Notes: a model not told the origin generated them from the letters alone. A stretch of DNA of 64,000 nucleotides from Verrucomicrobiia bacterium (GCA_035495615.1 DATJFP010000041.1:857-64856); one strand, 5' to 3'. Shown: positions 45,062-55,538, counted from the first letter of the stretch. Numbers and translations: made by a program.

Positions 45062-46117
45062 TCAACCGAATTTGACGGCGCAGACTTTGAGGTAAGATTC
45101 CTCAACCGGCTGTTTGGGAAAATCCGCAGCCGGTTCATTAAAAAAATCCTGGATACGGGCCGGGAAAGCCGCGATCCCCTTTCGGACTTGATTCAAAAAC
45201 GATTGCCGGGACAACTGGTGCGAATTATTGCAGACCCAGAGAACCCCGCGGGGCTCCACCACGGGAGCGGCCAGCGAAACCAACTTTTCATAATCCCGCT
45301 GCGCCACGAACCGCGACGACGGGCCTGTCGCGTAAGTGGGCGGATCCAGAATCACGCTTTGAAACCGTTCCTGCCGCCGGCCGAACCGCTGCAGCCAGTC
45401 AAAGACGTCGCCCGTGACGAAATCACGGTCCTGCGCCTCGAGCCCGTTGCACCGCATGTTCCGCTTGCCCCATTCCAGGTAACGGCCGGAAAGATCGATG
45501 TTCAAGGCGCGCGCCGCTCCGCCCAGAACCGCCGCTACTCCAAAGCCGCAGGTATAAGAGAAGCAGTTGAGGACCGTCCGGCCCGCGGAAAGCCGGCGTA
45601 TTTTGTTTCGGATTTCCCGCATGTCCAGGAAAAGCCCCGTGCTGAGCCCCTCACCCGGCCGGATTAAAAAACGCATGCCATTTTCCAGGATTTCGAGTTC
45701 GGGAACGGGTTCCCCCCAAAAGGGCGCCGAAGGCGCGTGGGATTCGCGCTCCGCGCCTTTCAGGACGCTGGCTTGTTTCGGACGGTATTTAAGATACACG
45801 GCGGAAGCCTTGCATCGTTCCGCGAGGACTTTCAATAACGGCATCGGTTCCTTGGTTTGCGCGGCCCCATAAAGGTTCGCCACCAGGACACAGGCGTAAC
45901 GGTCCACGGTAATTTCCGGGAAACCGTCCGCCGCGCCGTGGATGAGGCGGAAAGCGTTCGTTTCGCGGCTCCGCATAAGAGCTTCCCTTTTTTTCAAAGC
46001 GGCCTCGATCCAGAATCCGAGAGGCTTTTTCGGGAGCTCGGGCTGAGGGGCGGGACGCGTTGAGAAGCGCTTACGCGGGTAGGAAGGACGCGGCTTTGAT
46101 TTCTTTTTGAATTTCAT
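45062..46117 (-). CDS. rlmI: class I SAM-dependent rRNA methyltransferase, RlmI/RlmK-like
   Basis: GLFLDMREIR...VLNCFSYTCGFGVAAVLGGA...SVILDPPTYA are SAM-binding motifs of the RlmI family. The start was set at MKFKKK, which overlaps the stop of the upstream gene in ATGA. Confidence 0.75.
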   Translation of the reverse strand: MKFKKKSKPRPSYPRKRFSTRPAPQPELPKKPLGFWIEAALKKREALMRSRETNAFRLIHGAADGFPEITVDRYACVLVANLYGAAQTKEPMPLLKVLAERCKASAVYLKYRPKQASVLKGAERESHAPSAPFWGEPVPELEILENGMRFLIRPGEGLSTGLFLDMREIRNKIRRLSAGRTVLNCFSYTCGFGVAAVLGGAARALNIDLSGRYLEWGKRNMRCNGLEAQDRDFVTGDVFDWLQRFGRRQERFQSVILDPPTYATGPSSRFVAQRDYEKLVSLAAPVVEPRGVLWVCNNSHQLSRQSFLNQVRKGIAAFPARIQDFFNEPAADFPKQPVEESYLKVCAVKFG

Positions 46118-46443
46118 GCTTTTTGAAAGATGAAAATCACCGCCAGGACCAGGCAGCCGAAGGCGGCGAAATAATTCCACCGGATCTGTTCTTTGAGATA
46201 CAAGAGGGAAAAGCCGCAGAAGACGACCAGCGTGATGACTTCCTGCATGATCTTAAGCTGCGCCGTGGTGAAAGTATACGAGCCGATGCGGTTGGCCGGG
46301 ACCTGGAAGCAATATTCCACGAAAGCGATCAGCCAGCTTACGAGGATCACTTTCCATAAAGCCTCCTGGCGGAATTTCAAATGCCCGTACCAGGCAAAGG
46401 TCATGAAAATGTTGGAGATCGTGAGAAGCACCAGGGTGATCAT
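46114..46443 (-). CDS. small DMT-superfamily-like membrane protein (DUF486-like), 109 aa
   Basis: Four predicted TM helices. It is the C-terminal part of track ORF 46114..46665; the N-terminal 74 aa of that ORF are Arg/Cys/Pro-rich and implausible. Confidence 0.55.
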   Translation of the reverse strand: MITLVLLTISNIFMTFAWYGHLKFRQEALWKVILVSWLIAFVEYCFQVPANRIGSYTFTTAQLKIMQEVITLVVFCGFSLLYLKEQIRWNYFAAFGCLVLAVIFIFQKA

Positions 46444-46486
46444 GCGAGATTTTCCTCCGCCGGCAGTTAGGGTGCGGGTGATCGAC

Positions 46487-47041
46487 TCAGAAAAAAATGA
46501 ACGTGACTCCCATGAAAATAAAAATCCAGCCGGCCGCTTTGCGCAGGATGGCCGGACGGACGCGCGAAGCCATGGCATGCCCCAGGAACAGGGCAATGCC
46601 TGAAGACAGCGCCAGGGCCGACAGGGTCGCGAGCACGACAAGCGCAAGATTGTACCGCGTGGCAAAAAGCGCGGCGGCGATTTGCGTCTTGTCCGCCCAT
46701 TCCGCCAGGAACGTGAATCCGAAACCCATCAAAAAGGGATGCTGGAAGAGAAATTCCTGCTGCGGTTCCGACTCGCCCACCGAGCGCAGCATGAGGAACC
46801 CGAAGACAAAGAAAATAACCGCGGCCAGGAGTTTCATGATCCACACCGGCACAAACCGCGAGATCCACGCTCCAGCAAAGATGCCGAAGCCGTCGGCCAG
46901 CATGAAGCCGAGCATGGCTCCAAAAAAAAGGACAAGCCGCTTCTGGGTTTTCGAACCCAGCACGAAAAGCGCGAGCTGGGTCTTGTCGCCCAGTTCCGCG
47001 AGGAAAATGGAAATAAACGGAATGATGAAATGAACCAGCAT
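46487..47041 (-). CDS. GDT1/TMEM165 (UPF0016) family cation transporter
   Basis: Two copies of the signature E-x-G-D-(KR)-(TS): ELGDKTQLALFVL and EWADKTQIAAALFA. Confidence 0.8.
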   Translation of the reverse strand: MLVHFIIPFISIFLAELGDKTQLALFVLGSKTQKRLVLFFGAMLGFMLADGFGIFAGAWISRFVPVWIMKLLAAVIFFVFGFLMLRSVGESEPQQEFLFQHPFLMGFGFTFLAEWADKTQIAAALFATRYNLALVVLATLSALALSSGIALFLGHAMASRVRPAILRKAAGWIFIFMGVTFIFF

Positions 47042-47052
47042 AAATTCTCCCG

Positions 47053-47610
47053 TTAAGCCCGGCCGCCCACTTCGCCGGTTTCGGTATTGACGCGCACGAC
47101 AGCGCCTTCCTGAATGTACTGGGGAACGCGGACTTCGAGGCCGGTTTCGAGCGTGGCCTGCTTGTTTCCGCCGCCCGAAGACGCGGGAGGCGTCGAGGTA
47201 ACTTTGAGCTCCACGTAAGGCGGCAGCTCGAGCGAGACCACGTTCCCATTATATTTTAGGGCCTCGAGGATCACGCCCTCTTTCAAATAAGGAAGAAGTT
47301 CGGAAATCTTCCCGGCGGGAAACGAAAATTGCTCGTAGCTTGTTTCATCCATGAAATGATACGTCGAGGATTCCAAGTAAAGGAACGAGGCCTTGGTTTT
47401 TTCGACGTCCGGCTCGTTGAATTTTTCCGCGGTCTTGAAACTTTTCTCGAGCACGGCGTTGGAGAGAAGATTCCGAACCTTGGCCCGCACCATGGTCGAA
47501 GCCCCGCGGGCCGACGGCGAGGCAAAAAAAACTTCCAGCACGAGGTAAGGTTCCCCTTCCACGGAGATAAGCATTTTCCTTTTTAATTCATTGGCGCCGA
47601 TCATTTCCAT
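47053..47610 (-). CDS. efp: elongation factor P
   Basis: It is colinear with E. coli EF-P (GEPY.V...RVKLRRL, C-terminal OB domains). The loop residue corresponding to K34 is Arg (SPSARGAS). Confidence 0.9.
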   Translation of the reverse strand: MEMIGANELKRKMLISVEGEPYLVLEVFFASPSARGASTMVRAKVRNLLSNAVLEKSFKTAEKFNEPDVEKTKASFLYLESSTYHFMDETSYEQFSFPAGKISELLPYLKEGVILEALKYNGNVVSLELPPYVELKVTSTPPASSGGGNKQATLETGLEVRVPQYIQEGAVVRVNTETGEVGGRA

Positions 47611-47749
47611 TCTTCCTTTTTTTCATAAGCTTTCATTGGACAGACATAAGCCATTATAGATATTACAGTTGCGCCTTTCAAACAATCTTTTGTTGACAGA
47701 ACAGTTTTATAAGTTAATATCTCTACTAAATCCATAGAGTAAACATACT

Positions 47750-48202
47750 ATGATTACCAAGAAAACCAAATACGCCATTAAAGCCCTCCTCATGCTGGCC
47801 GGTTCTTCCGGTGCCGAGAAGCCCATGCTCATTTCCGAGCTGGCGCGGAAGGAGCGGCTTCCCAAAAAATTTTTGGAGCTCATTCTTCTAGAGCTCAAAA
47901 AAAGCGGCATCTTGGGCAGCAAGAAAGGAAAAGGCGGCGGCTATTTCCTTGCCAAGGAGCCGGCAAGCATCAAATTGGGCACCGTCATGCGCATCCTGGA
48001 AGGTCCGCTCGCTCCCCTGCCGTGCCTGAGCCGCACGGCGTACCGCAAATGCGAGGAATGCGTCGACGAGCAAACCTGTCCGATCCGCGCCGTGATGAAA
48101 GATATCCACGAAGCGAACATTGCCGTTCTGGACGGGACCAGCCTCCAAAACATGCTGGAAATGGCCGCGCAGCCTGAACGGCAGGAGATGTATTTCATTT
48201 AA
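47750..48202 (+). CDS. Rrf2 family transcriptional regulator with a Cys cluster (likely Fe-S)
   Basis: The N-terminal wHTH is KYAIKALLMLA...ISELARKERLPKKFLELILLELKKSGIL. Cysteines in PCLSRTAYRKCEECVDEQTC are spaced as in IscR/NsrR. Confidence 0.85.
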   Translation: MITKKTKYAIKALLMLAGSSGAEKPMLISELARKERLPKKFLELILLELKKSGILGSKKGKGGGYFLAKEPASIKLGTVMRILEGPLAPLPCLSRTAYRKCEECVDEQTCPIRAVMKDIHEANIAVLDGTSLQNMLEMAAQPERQEMYFI

Positions 48203-48203
48203 C

Positions 48204-48353
48204 ATGGAAACCGAATCTGAAGAACAAGCCGTCGCGAAAATCCGCGAGGCCCTCAAAAAAATAAAGTACGGCGCGGTGGAGATCATCATCCACGATGCCC
48301 AAATTGTGCAGATCGAATGCCGCGAAAAAATAAGGCTCGATAAGACTCAATAA
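48204..48353 (+). CDS. yezD: YezD family small protein (DUF2292)
   Basis: 49 aa. IREALKKIKYGAVEIIIHDAQIVQIECREKIRL matches the YezD pattern. It starts 1 nt after the rrf2 stop. Confidence 0.7.
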   Translation: METESEEQAVAKIREALKKIKYGAVEIIIHDAQIVQIECREKIRLDKTQ

Positions 48354-48421
48354 AGTTTCAAAATAAAAAAAAGAACTGACCGGACCACCGGAGGTTTTCA
48401 TGAATCCAAGGAGGATTTCCC

Positions 48422-49819
48422 ATGAAAATTCCACGGTGGTTCCCGGCAACGGCAATCGTGTTAGTACTCGCTTTGCAAAATTCAACACTAGCGCAGGCCC
48501 AGCTTCCCGCCCCTCCTGCCAAGACAATCGAGGAGCGGCTGGCGGAGCTGGAAAAAGAGATGAGTCTCTTGAAACGCCAGCAGGAAGTGCAGAAAGAAGT
48601 GGATCTGAAAAAAGAAACTGAAACCCCCGTCGTCGTCGCAGGCAAAGACGGATTTGGATTGAAGTCAAAGGACGGCAACTTTCAACTGAAGTTCCGCGGC
48701 CAGATCCAGACTGACGCTCGCTTTTTTGCGAACGACGACCGCAATCCCGGCGTGAATCAATTTTTGCCCCGGCGCATCCGGACCTCGCTCGAAGGAACGG
48801 TTTTCAAGTATTTCGATTTCCGCTTGATGCCGGATTTCGGAAACGGTACCGTGACTTTGCAGGACGCGTGGGTGGATTTCAAATACTGGCCCCAGGCCTC
48901 GCTTCGCGCGGGTAAATTCAAATCGCCCATCGGGCTGGAACGGCTGCAATCGGACCCGAACACGATCTTCGCGGAAACCGCGCTTTCCACGAACCTCGTG
49001 CCGAACCGCGACGTGGGCATCGATCTCCACGGCGATTTCTGGGACGGCACGATCACTTACGACGCGGCCGTCATGAATGGCGTCGTGGACAACGGCAACT
49101 TGGATACGGACCTCGCGGACGACAAAGATTTTGTCGGCAGGATTTTCTCGCACCCGTTCCGCAATACGGACATCGACGCTTTGAATGGCCTCGGAGTCGG
49201 GTTAGGGATGAGTTACGGGGACGTGCACGGCACCGTGGCATCGCCGCAGCTCCCGACCTTCCGCAGCTTCGGACAGCAGACGGTTTACAGTTACCGCTCT
49301 GACGGCACCGCGGCGGGAACGACGATCGCCAATGGCGGCCGCACGCGGTTTGCCCCACAGGCCTACTATTATTGGGGGCCGGTCGGCCTTTTGACCGAAT
49401 TTGTGTGGTCGTCTCAGGACGTGAAACGCAATACCGAACGGTCGAGTTTGAAGAACTGGGGCTGGCAGCTTGCCGGCTCTTATGTGATCACCGGCGAAAA
49501 CGCCAGCTATAACGGCGTGGTTCCCCGTTACAACTTCGACCCGCGCGAAGGAAGATGGGGTGCCCTGGAGATCGTGGGCCGTTTCAGCGAACTCACCGGC
49601 GACAGCGACGCATATGCCCTGTTCGTCAATCCCCAGACTTCCGTCCGGAAGGCGCGCGCATGGACGGCGGGCCTCAACTGGTACTGGAACAAAAACATCA
49701 AGTGGATGCTCGATTACGAACAGACCTTTTTCCAGGACGGCTACGCTTTGAGCGGCGCCGCGGCTCGCGAGCGCGAAATTGAAAACGCTCTGATCGGCCG
49801 CCTCCAAATCGCCTTTTAA
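48422..49819 (+). CDS. outer-membrane porin, phosphate-selective porin O/P (OprO/OprP) family-like
   Basis: A signal peptide and an N-terminal coiled-coil segment ([16 protein letters not shown]) precede a beta-barrel with [14 protein letters not shown] and a C-terminal aromatic residue (...LQIAF). RBS AAGGAGG. Confidence 0.7.
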   Translation: MKIPRWFPATAIVLVLALQNSTLAQAQLPAPPAKTIEERLAELEKEMSLLKRQQEVQKEVDLKKETETPVVVAGKDGFGLKSKDGNFQLKFRGQIQTDARFFANDDRNPGVNQFLPRRIRTSLEGTVFKYFDFRLMPDFGNGTVTLQDAWVDFKYWPQASLRAGKFKSPIGLERLQSDPNTIFAETALSTNLVPNRDVGIDLHGDFWDGTITYDAAVMNGVVDNGNLDTDLADDKDFVGRIFSHPFRNTDIDALNGLGVGLGMSYGDVHGTVASPQLPTFRSFGQQTVYSYRSDGTAAGTTIANGGRTRFAPQAYYYWGPVGLLTEFVWSSQDVKRNTERSSLKNWGWQLAGSYVITGENASYNGVVPRYNFDPREGRWGALEIVGRFSELTGDSDAYALFVNPQTSVRKARAWTAGLNWYWNKNIKWMLDYEQTFFQDGYALSGAAAREREIENALIGRLQIAF

Positions 49820-49845
49820 ATTTGCATCGTCAAAGGAGCACCACC

Positions 49846-50868
49846 ATGAACTCGAAATTAAATGTGTTACGCGCCGCAGCCGCGGTGACGGCCGCGCTCG
49901 TTTTGACCGTTTCTCCCGCGGGAGTTGCAGCCGAAAAAATCGCGCTGCTGAACGTTTCGTATGATCCGACCCGCGAACTCTACCAGGAAGTCAACGCGGC
50001 CTTTGCCAAACAGTGGAAGGACAAGACGGGCCAGGACGTCGAGATCAGCCAGTCCCACGACGGCTCCGGCAAACAGGCGCGGGCCATCATCAGCGGCCTG
50101 GATGCGGACGTGGCAACGCTCGCGCTTGGTTACGACATCGACGCGCTGGCGGAAAAGGCCGGCCTGATTTCAAAAAACTGGCAGGGCAAGCTGCCGAACA
50201 ACAGCTCGCCCTACACGTCGACGATCGTTTTCCTGGTCAAGAAAGGCAACCCGCAAAACATCAAAGACTGGGACGATCTGGCGCGCGACGGTATTTCCGT
50301 CATCACGCCGAACCCCAAGACTTCCGGCGGCGCTCGCTGGAATTACCTCGCAGCCTGGGCCTATGCCAGCAAAAAATTCGGGGGCGACGAAAATCAAATC
50401 AAGGAGTTCGTCAAAAAGATTTATAAAAACGTGGCGGTACTCGACACGGGCGCGCGCGGGTCCACGACGACGTTTGTGGAACGCGGCATCGGAGACGTCT
50501 TGATCGCCTGGGAAAACGAGGCGTTCCTGGCGGTCAATAACATCGGCAAAGACCAATTCGAAATCATCGTGCCGTCGCTCAGCATTCTCGCGGAGCCTCC
50601 GGTCACCGTCGTGGATAAGATCGCGAAAAAGCACCACATGGAAGAGGCCGCCAAGGCCTATCTCGAATTCCTTTACACGGACGAAGGCCAGGACATCATC
50701 GCCAGGCACTATTACCGCCCTCGCTCGGAAGCCGTGCTGCAAAAATACGCGGCCCAATTTCCGAAAATCGAGCTCGTGACCATCGACAAGGATTTTGGCG
50801 GCTGGAAAGAAGCGCAGGCCAAACATTTCGCGGACGGCGGCATTTTCGACGAGATCTATCTAAGCTAA
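49846..50868 (+). CDS. sbp: sulfate/thiosulfate ABC transporter substrate-binding protein
   Basis: Signal peptide plus [13 protein letters not shown]...[11 protein letters not shown]...[14 protein letters not shown], the Sbp/CysP signatures. Start set at the ATG after AAAGGAG. Confidence 0.85.
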   Translation: MNSKLNVLRAAAAVTAALVLTVSPAGVAAEKIALLNVSYDPTRELYQEVNAAFAKQWKDKTGQDVEISQSHDGSGKQARAIISGLDADVATLALGYDIDALAEKAGLISKNWQGKLPNNSSPYTSTIVFLVKKGNPQNIKDWDDLARDGISVITPNPKTSGGARWNYLAAWAYASKKFGGDENQIKEFVKKIYKNVAVLDTGARGSTTTFVERGIGDVLIAWENEAFLAVNNIGKDQFEIIVPSLSILAEPPVTVVDKIAKKHHMEEAAKAYLEFLYTDEGQDIIARHYYRPRSEAVLQKYAAQFPKIELVTIDKDFGGWKEAQAKHFADGGIFDEIYLS

Positions 50869-50883
50869 CAAACAGGAAAAGGC

Positions 50884-51711
50884 ATGGGCTTCAAAAAACA
50901 CAGCGTTCTCCCGGGATTCGGACTGACCCTGGGCTTTACCCTCTTTTATTTGAGCGTGGTCGTTCTCTTCCCGCTTTCGCTTCTCTTTTTCAAAACGGCC
51001 GCGCTCACCTGGCCGCAGCTCGTCAAGGCCCTGTCTTCCGCCAGGACGCTGGCCGCGTTCCGCCTGACGTTCAGCGTGTCGCTGGCAAGCGCGCTTGTGA
51101 ACGCTGTTTTCGGGATGCTCGTGGCCTGGGTGCTGGTCCGTTATAATTTCCCGGCCAAAAAAGCCGTGGACGCGCTGGTGGATCTCCCCTTTGCGCTTCC
51201 CACGGCTGTCGCCGGAATTTGTCTCACTGCGATTTACGGCCCCACGGGCTGGGTCGGAAAATGGCTCGCGCCCTGGGGCATCAAAACCGCATACTCGCCG
51301 CTCGGCATCGGCATCGCGCTGGTTTTCATCGGGCTGCCTTTTGTCGTGCGCACGCTGGAACCGGTGCTGCAGGAAATGGACATCGAGCTCGAAGAAGCGG
51401 CGCACAGCCTGGGGGCTTCGGCCTGGCAGACATTCTCGCGCGTCATTTTTCCCACGCTTTTTCCCGCGCTGCTGACCGGCACAGCCATGGCGTTCGCGCG
51501 CGCTCTCGGCGAATACGGCTCGGTAGTTTTCATTTCGGGCAACATGCCGGGCAAAACCGAAATCCTTCCGCTTCTCATCATGACCAAGCTCGAGCAATTC
51601 GATTATCCGGGTGCGACGGCCATCGCAAGCGTCACGCTTTGCATTTCCTTTCTCCTTCTTCTGTTCATCAACATGCTCCAGGCCTGGAGCCGAAGATACC
51701 AGAAGGTGTAG
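50884..51711 (+). CDS. cysT: sulfate ABC transporter permease CysT
   Basis: Six TM helices with the EAA-like loop ([21 protein letters not shown]). Confidence 0.85.
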   Translation: MGFKKHSVLPGFGLTLGFTLFYLSVVVLFPLSLLFFKTAALTWPQLVKALSSARTLAAFRLTFSVSLASALVNAVFGMLVAWVLVRYNFPAKKAVDALVDLPFALPTAVAGICLTAIYGPTGWVGKWLAPWGIKTAYSPLGIGIALVFIGLPFVVRTLEPVLQEMDIELEEAAHSLGASAWQTFSRVIFPTLFPALLTGTAMAFARALGEYGSVVFISGNMPGKTEILPLLIMTKLEQFDYPGATAIASVTLCISFLLLLFINMLQAWSRRYQKV

Positions 51712-51713
51712 CC

Positions 51714-52598
51714 ATGGCCGGAACCGTTTCATCCTTAACTGCAAGAGCCGTCAAGACTGCGCCGTCGGTTTCCCAGGAATCGCCGGCCGTCAAGGCCGTG
51801 CTGATCACCGCTGCGTTTCTTTTCCTCGGCCTCTTTCTGTTCCTGCCGATCGCGGTGCTCCTGGCCAGCGCTTTTTCAAAAGGGCTGATCGCTTATTTCC
51901 ACGCGCTCGCGGAACCGGATGCCTTTTCCGCGGTCAAGCTCACGCTTCTCGCCGCCGCAATCAGCGTTCCGCTGAATCTGGTCTTTGGCATCGCGGCGTC
52001 CTGGGCCATCGCCAAATTCGATTTCACGGGAAAGAAAGTACTTCTCGCCCTGATCGATCTGCCGTTCACGGTGTCCCCCGTGATCTCGGGCCTGATCTAC
52101 GTGCTTCTTTTTGGGGCGCAAGGGTTGTTCGGTCCCTGGCTCATGGAGCATGACATCAAAATCATCTTCGCGGTTCCGGGCATCGTGCTGGCTACGATCT
52201 TCGTGACGTTTCCGTTTGTCGCGCGGGAACTCATCCCGCTCATGGAAGCGCAGGGCAACGAAGAAGAAATCTCCGCGATCACCCTCGGCGCCAGCGGATG
52301 GCAGACATTCTGGCGCGTGACGCTCCCCAATATCAAATGGGGCTTACTCTACGGCGTGATCCTCTGCAATGCGCGCGCCATGGGCGAATTCGGCGCCGTG
52401 TCGGTTGTGTCAGGCCATATCCGCGGCAAGACCAACACCCTGCCGCTGCACATCGAGATTCTCTATAATGAATACCAATTCATGGCCGCCTTTGCCGTGG
52501 CCTCGCTCCTCATGCTGCTGGCACTCGTCACGCTCGCCCTAAAGACCTGGGTCGAGCTGCGCGCAGGCGCAAGCATGCAGGCCAAAACCCAACTCTAG
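51714..52598 (+). CDS. cysW: sulfate ABC transporter permease CysW
   Basis: A permease with EAA loop (EEISAITLGASGWQTFWRVTLP). The start MAGTVSS at 51714 was derived arithmetically from track ORF 51219..52598, whose N-terminal 165 aa are a spurious overlap with cysT. Confidence 0.85.
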   Translation: MAGTVSSLTARAVKTAPSVSQESPAVKAVLITAAFLFLGLFLFLPIAVLLASAFSKGLIAYFHALAEPDAFSAVKLTLLAAAISVPLNLVFGIAASWAIAKFDFTGKKVLLALIDLPFTVSPVISGLIYVLLFGAQGLFGPWLMEHDIKIIFAVPGIVLATIFVTFPFVARELIPLMEAQGNEEEISAITLGASGWQTFWRVTLPNIKWGLLYGVILCNARAMGEFGAVSVVSGHIRGKTNTLPLHIEILYNEYQFMAAFAVASLLMLLALVTLALKTWVELRAGASMQAKTQL

Positions 52599-52605
52599 GT
52601 GATGC

Positions 52606-53670
52606 GTGAGCATTAAAGTCCAGAACGTAACCAAAAAATTCGGGGATTTCACGGCGCTCAAAAACATCGATCTGGATGTGCCGAACGGCGAACTCGTCGC
52701 GCTTCTGGGACCGTCGGGGTCCGGAAAGACCACGCTGCTGCGCATCATTGCCGGCATCGAGCATCCGGATTCCGGCACCGTGCTTTTTTCCGACGAAGAT
52801 ACGAAGGGGCTCAAAGCCTCGGAACGCCGCGTCGGCTTCGTCTTCCAGCATTACGCGCTTTTCAAGCACATGACCGTTTTCCAAAACGTGGCCTTCGGCC
52901 TCGAGGTGCGTCCTAAGGATTTGCGGCCTTCCCGGCGCGAGATCCAGCGGAGAGTCCTGGAGCTCTTGAAGCTCGTGCAGCTCAACCGCATGGCGCACCG
53001 CTATCCTTCCGAACTCTCGGGCGGCCAGCGCCAGCGCGTGGCCCTGGCGCGCGCGCTCGCCATCGAACCGAAAGTTCTGCTCCTCGACGAGCCGTTCGGA
53101 GCGTTGGATGCGAAGGTCCGCCGCGACCTGCGGCAGTGGCTGCGGCGCCTGCATGACGAGATTCACGTGACGAGCATTTTCGTGACGCATGACCAGGAAG
53201 AGGCGCTGGAAGTTTCGGACCGCGTGGCGGTCATGAACGACGGAAGGATCGAGCAGGTCGGAAGCCCGGACGAAGTTTATCATCACCCGGCCAGTCCCTT
53301 TGTCTACAATTTCCTCGGCAACGTGAACCTGTTCCACGCGCGCATCGAAGACGGCAGGGCCGTCCTGGGCGACGCGTCCCTGAAGCTTCCTTCCAAACAG
53401 GAAGCCGAGACGAAAAAAGCGGCCGTTTACATCCGCCCGCACCTTCTGGACATTGCCCGGGAATCCCGGGACAAAAACAGCCTCAAGGCCACGGTGCAGT
53501 ACATCAACCTGGCCGGCCCCTTCGCGAAAATCGAGCTGACCAACGAAGCCGGCGATCTCATCCGCGTCGAACTCACGCACGACCGCTTCCGCGAACTGGG
53601 CCTGAAGAAAAGCGAGGATGTTTTTCTGGTGCCTCGGGAAATGAAAATCTTCGACGACTTCTCAATCTGA
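52606..53670 (+). CDS. cysA: sulfate ABC transporter ATP-binding protein CysA
   Basis: Walker [10 protein letters not shown], signature [14 protein letters not shown], Walker B LLLDEPF, and the C-terminal TOBE-like domain typical of CysA. Confidence 0.9.
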   Translation: MSIKVQNVTKKFGDFTALKNIDLDVPNGELVALLGPSGSGKTTLLRIIAGIEHPDSGTVLFSDEDTKGLKASERRVGFVFQHYALFKHMTVFQNVAFGLEVRPKDLRPSRREIQRRVLELLKLVQLNRMAHRYPSELSGGQRQRVALARALAIEPKVLLLDEPFGALDAKVRRDLRQWLRRLHDEIHVTSIFVTHDQEEALEVSDRVAVMNDGRIEQVGSPDEVYHHPASPFVYNFLGNVNLFHARIEDGRAVLGDASLKLPSKQEAETKKAAVYIRPHLLDIARESRDKNSLKATVQYINLAGPFAKIELTNEAGDLIRVELTHDRFRELGLKKSEDVFLVPREMKIFDDFSI

Positions 53671-53677
53671 CAAGGTT

Positions 53678-54124
53678 TCAGGAAGAGGCGGCCGGCGGCG
53701 AAGAAATAAATTCCCTTTCCCGCGTCAGCACGTCCGTCAAAAGGCGGGACTCTCCGCCGCAGGTAACGTGGTAAGGCTTGCCGGTCGTTGAAGACCTCGA
53801 GGCCACTTTGGCAATGAACTCTTCGGCTGTCTTATAAGATCCGCGCCATGGCGGCGTCATCATTTTCATGCGGAGAAACCGCGACGCGTCCTGTCCGCGA
53901 TAGAGCTCTCCGTTCCTCTCGAATTCGCACGACGACTCCGTCATCCTTTCCAGGAGGTAATAGATTTTTTCCATTTCACTCTGGCTGAGCCTTGGATGCT
54001 TTTTCTGGTATTCCTCGACGGATGCCGGGCTCGGGGCTGGGTCAAGATACGGCGCCTTTTCCCCCGCGTAAAGCAGCGGGCACAGCGCGAACAAAAAAAG
54101 AATGAGGCTGGTTGATTTTTTCAT
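53678..54124 (-). CDS. secreted hypothetical protein (DUF5329-like)
   Basis: Signal peptide MKKSTSLILFLFALCPLLYA. It is convergent with cysA. Family assignment tentative. Confidence 0.45.
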   Translation of the reverse strand: MKKSTSLILFLFALCPLLYAGEKAPYLDPAPSPASVEEYQKKHPRLSQSEMEKIYYLLERMTESSCEFERNGELYRGQDASRFLRMKMMTPPWRGSYKTAEEFIAKVASRSSTTGKPYHVTCGGESRLLTDVLTREREFISSPPAASS

Positions 54125-54140
54125 CGTTGCTCCGGGGAGT

Positions 54141-55028
54141 TTACGCCCTCAAAGAAGAAGGCTTGTCTTTCCAGCGCCGGTGTCCCCACATCCATTGCTC
54201 CGGATATTTGAGGATTTGGCGCTCGAGAAGGCGGTCCAGCTCGCGCGTCGTCGCGGTTTCCCAATCGCCCTCCGGCTCCTGGACCGGAACTTCCGGATGA
54301 ATCTGGATCTCGTATTTCCACGGCGCGGTACGGACGCAATACGCGGGCACGAGAGCGCATCCGGTCCGCTTCGCAAGGCGCGCGGGAATCGACGTCGTGG
54401 AAGTCTCCGCGCCGAAAAGCGGGCTCCAGATTCCTTCCGGCCCCGCCCACTGGTCGATCAGGATGGCCACGCCGTGGTCTTCTTTCAGTTCCTGCAGCAC
54501 CTTGCGGGTGGAATTATTTTTCAGGATCGGCGTGACGGTCATCACGCGCCGCAGCGCGTCGATTTCGCGGTTCATGAACGGGTTCTTGATGTGCTTCACC
54601 ACGACCGACCAGCGCTGGCCGGTCAGGAAAGGCAGGAACGACAAATATTCCCAGGAACCGATGTGGGAAATGACGAGCACCACGCCGTTCCCCCGCGCAA
54701 AGGCCTTTTCCAGGACTTCATTGCCCATGAGCGAAAAATGTTCCCGGGCGCGCGCCGCGATTCTCCGGACCAGAAACAGCTCGGCAATGGAAAGCGCCGC
54801 GTGCTGGAATGCGGCGCGCACGAGATTTTTTTTCTGCGCATCCGAGAGGCTGCTGCCGAAGGCTTTGTCGATGTTCGCCGCAGCCACTCCCCTTCGCTTC
54901 GGCATGAAAAGGCAGGATAAATCACCGGCGCGGCGCGTGATCCACTCGAGGGCATTCAAAGGAAGCCTTCCGGCGGATGCCACCAGCGCTCTCGCGAGCA
55001 GGGATTGCAGGTAGTAAAGGAACGTCAA
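54141..55028 (-). CDS. lysophospholipid/lipid A acyltransferase, LpxL/HtrB-like (LPLAT superfamily)
   Basis: About 295 aa with an N-terminal membrane-associated segment, an LPLAT catalytic region around VISHIGSWEY (HX4D-like, E in the acidic position) and ...ILIDQ. Confidence 0.7.
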   Translation of the reverse strand: MTFLYYLQSLLARALVASAGRLPLNALEWITRRAGDLSCLFMPKRRGVAAANIDKAFGSSLSDAQKKNLVRAAFQHAALSIAELFLVRRIAARAREHFSLMGNEVLEKAFARGNGVVLVISHIGSWEYLSFLPFLTGQRWSVVVKHIKNPFMNREIDALRRVMTVTPILKNNSTRKVLQELKEDHGVAILIDQWAGPEGIWSPLFGAETSTTSIPARLAKRTGCALVPAYCVRTAPWKYEIQIHPEVPVQEPEGDWETATTRELDRLLERQILKYPEQWMWGHRRWKDKPSSLRA

Positions 55029-55053
55029 AAAAACCCTCCGTCCGCGCGGACGA

Positions 55054-55527
55054 TTATTCCAGGTAAGAACGCAGCATCCAGGCCATTTTTTCGTGCTGCT
55101 CCATGAGGCCGGTCAGGAAATCCTGCGTGCCCATGTCCCCGTATTTTTCCCCGGTGGTCTGGACATCGCCGCGGAGCTGCTGGATGACGGCCTCGTGGTC
55201 TTTGAGAAGATTGTCGATCATGGTCTTGGCCGAAGGCTGCTCCCCCGGCGCTTCGGAAAGCCGCGTCGCCTTCAGGAATTCTTTCAGCGTCCCGAACGCA
55301 AGCCCCCCCAGCGCGCGCGCCCTTTCCGCGGTCTCGTCGATGATCTCGTCGAGCTCTTCGTACTGCGCCTCGAAAAATTTGTGAAGCTCGCTGAAGTCGG
55401 GGCCCACCACGTTCCAATGATAATTGCGGGTCTTGGTATAAAGGACGTATTCGTCCGCCAGCAATTTGTTCAGAATCTCGACCGATCCTTCCCTGTTTTT
55501 TCCCTGCAATCCGATGTCGGGCTTCAT
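55054..55527 (-). CDS. dps: Dps (DNA-binding ferritin-like protein from starved cells)
   Basis: ILNKLLADEYVLYTKTRNYHWNVVGPDFSELHKFFEAQYEELDEIIDETAERARALGG is the Dps ferroxidase-site helix pair. The start was set at the internal Met; the 81-aa N-terminal extension in the track ORF is Arg-rich and implausible. Confidence 0.85.
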   Translation of the reverse strand: MKPDIGLQGKNREGSVEILNKLLADEYVLYTKTRNYHWNVVGPDFSELHKFFEAQYEELDEIIDETAERARALGGLAFGTLKEFLKATRLSEAPGEQPSAKTMIDNLLKDHEAVIQQLRGDVQTTGEKYGDMGTQDFLTGLMEQHEKMAWMLRSYLE

Positions 55528-55538
55528 AACTCTCCTCC

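Noticed and set aside
51219-51713. N-terminal 165 aa of track ORF 51219..52598, overlapping cysT in another frame.
   Set aside because: The Arg/His-rich translation is implausible. The real cysW starts at ATG 51714 (MAGTVSS), 3 nt after the cysT stop.
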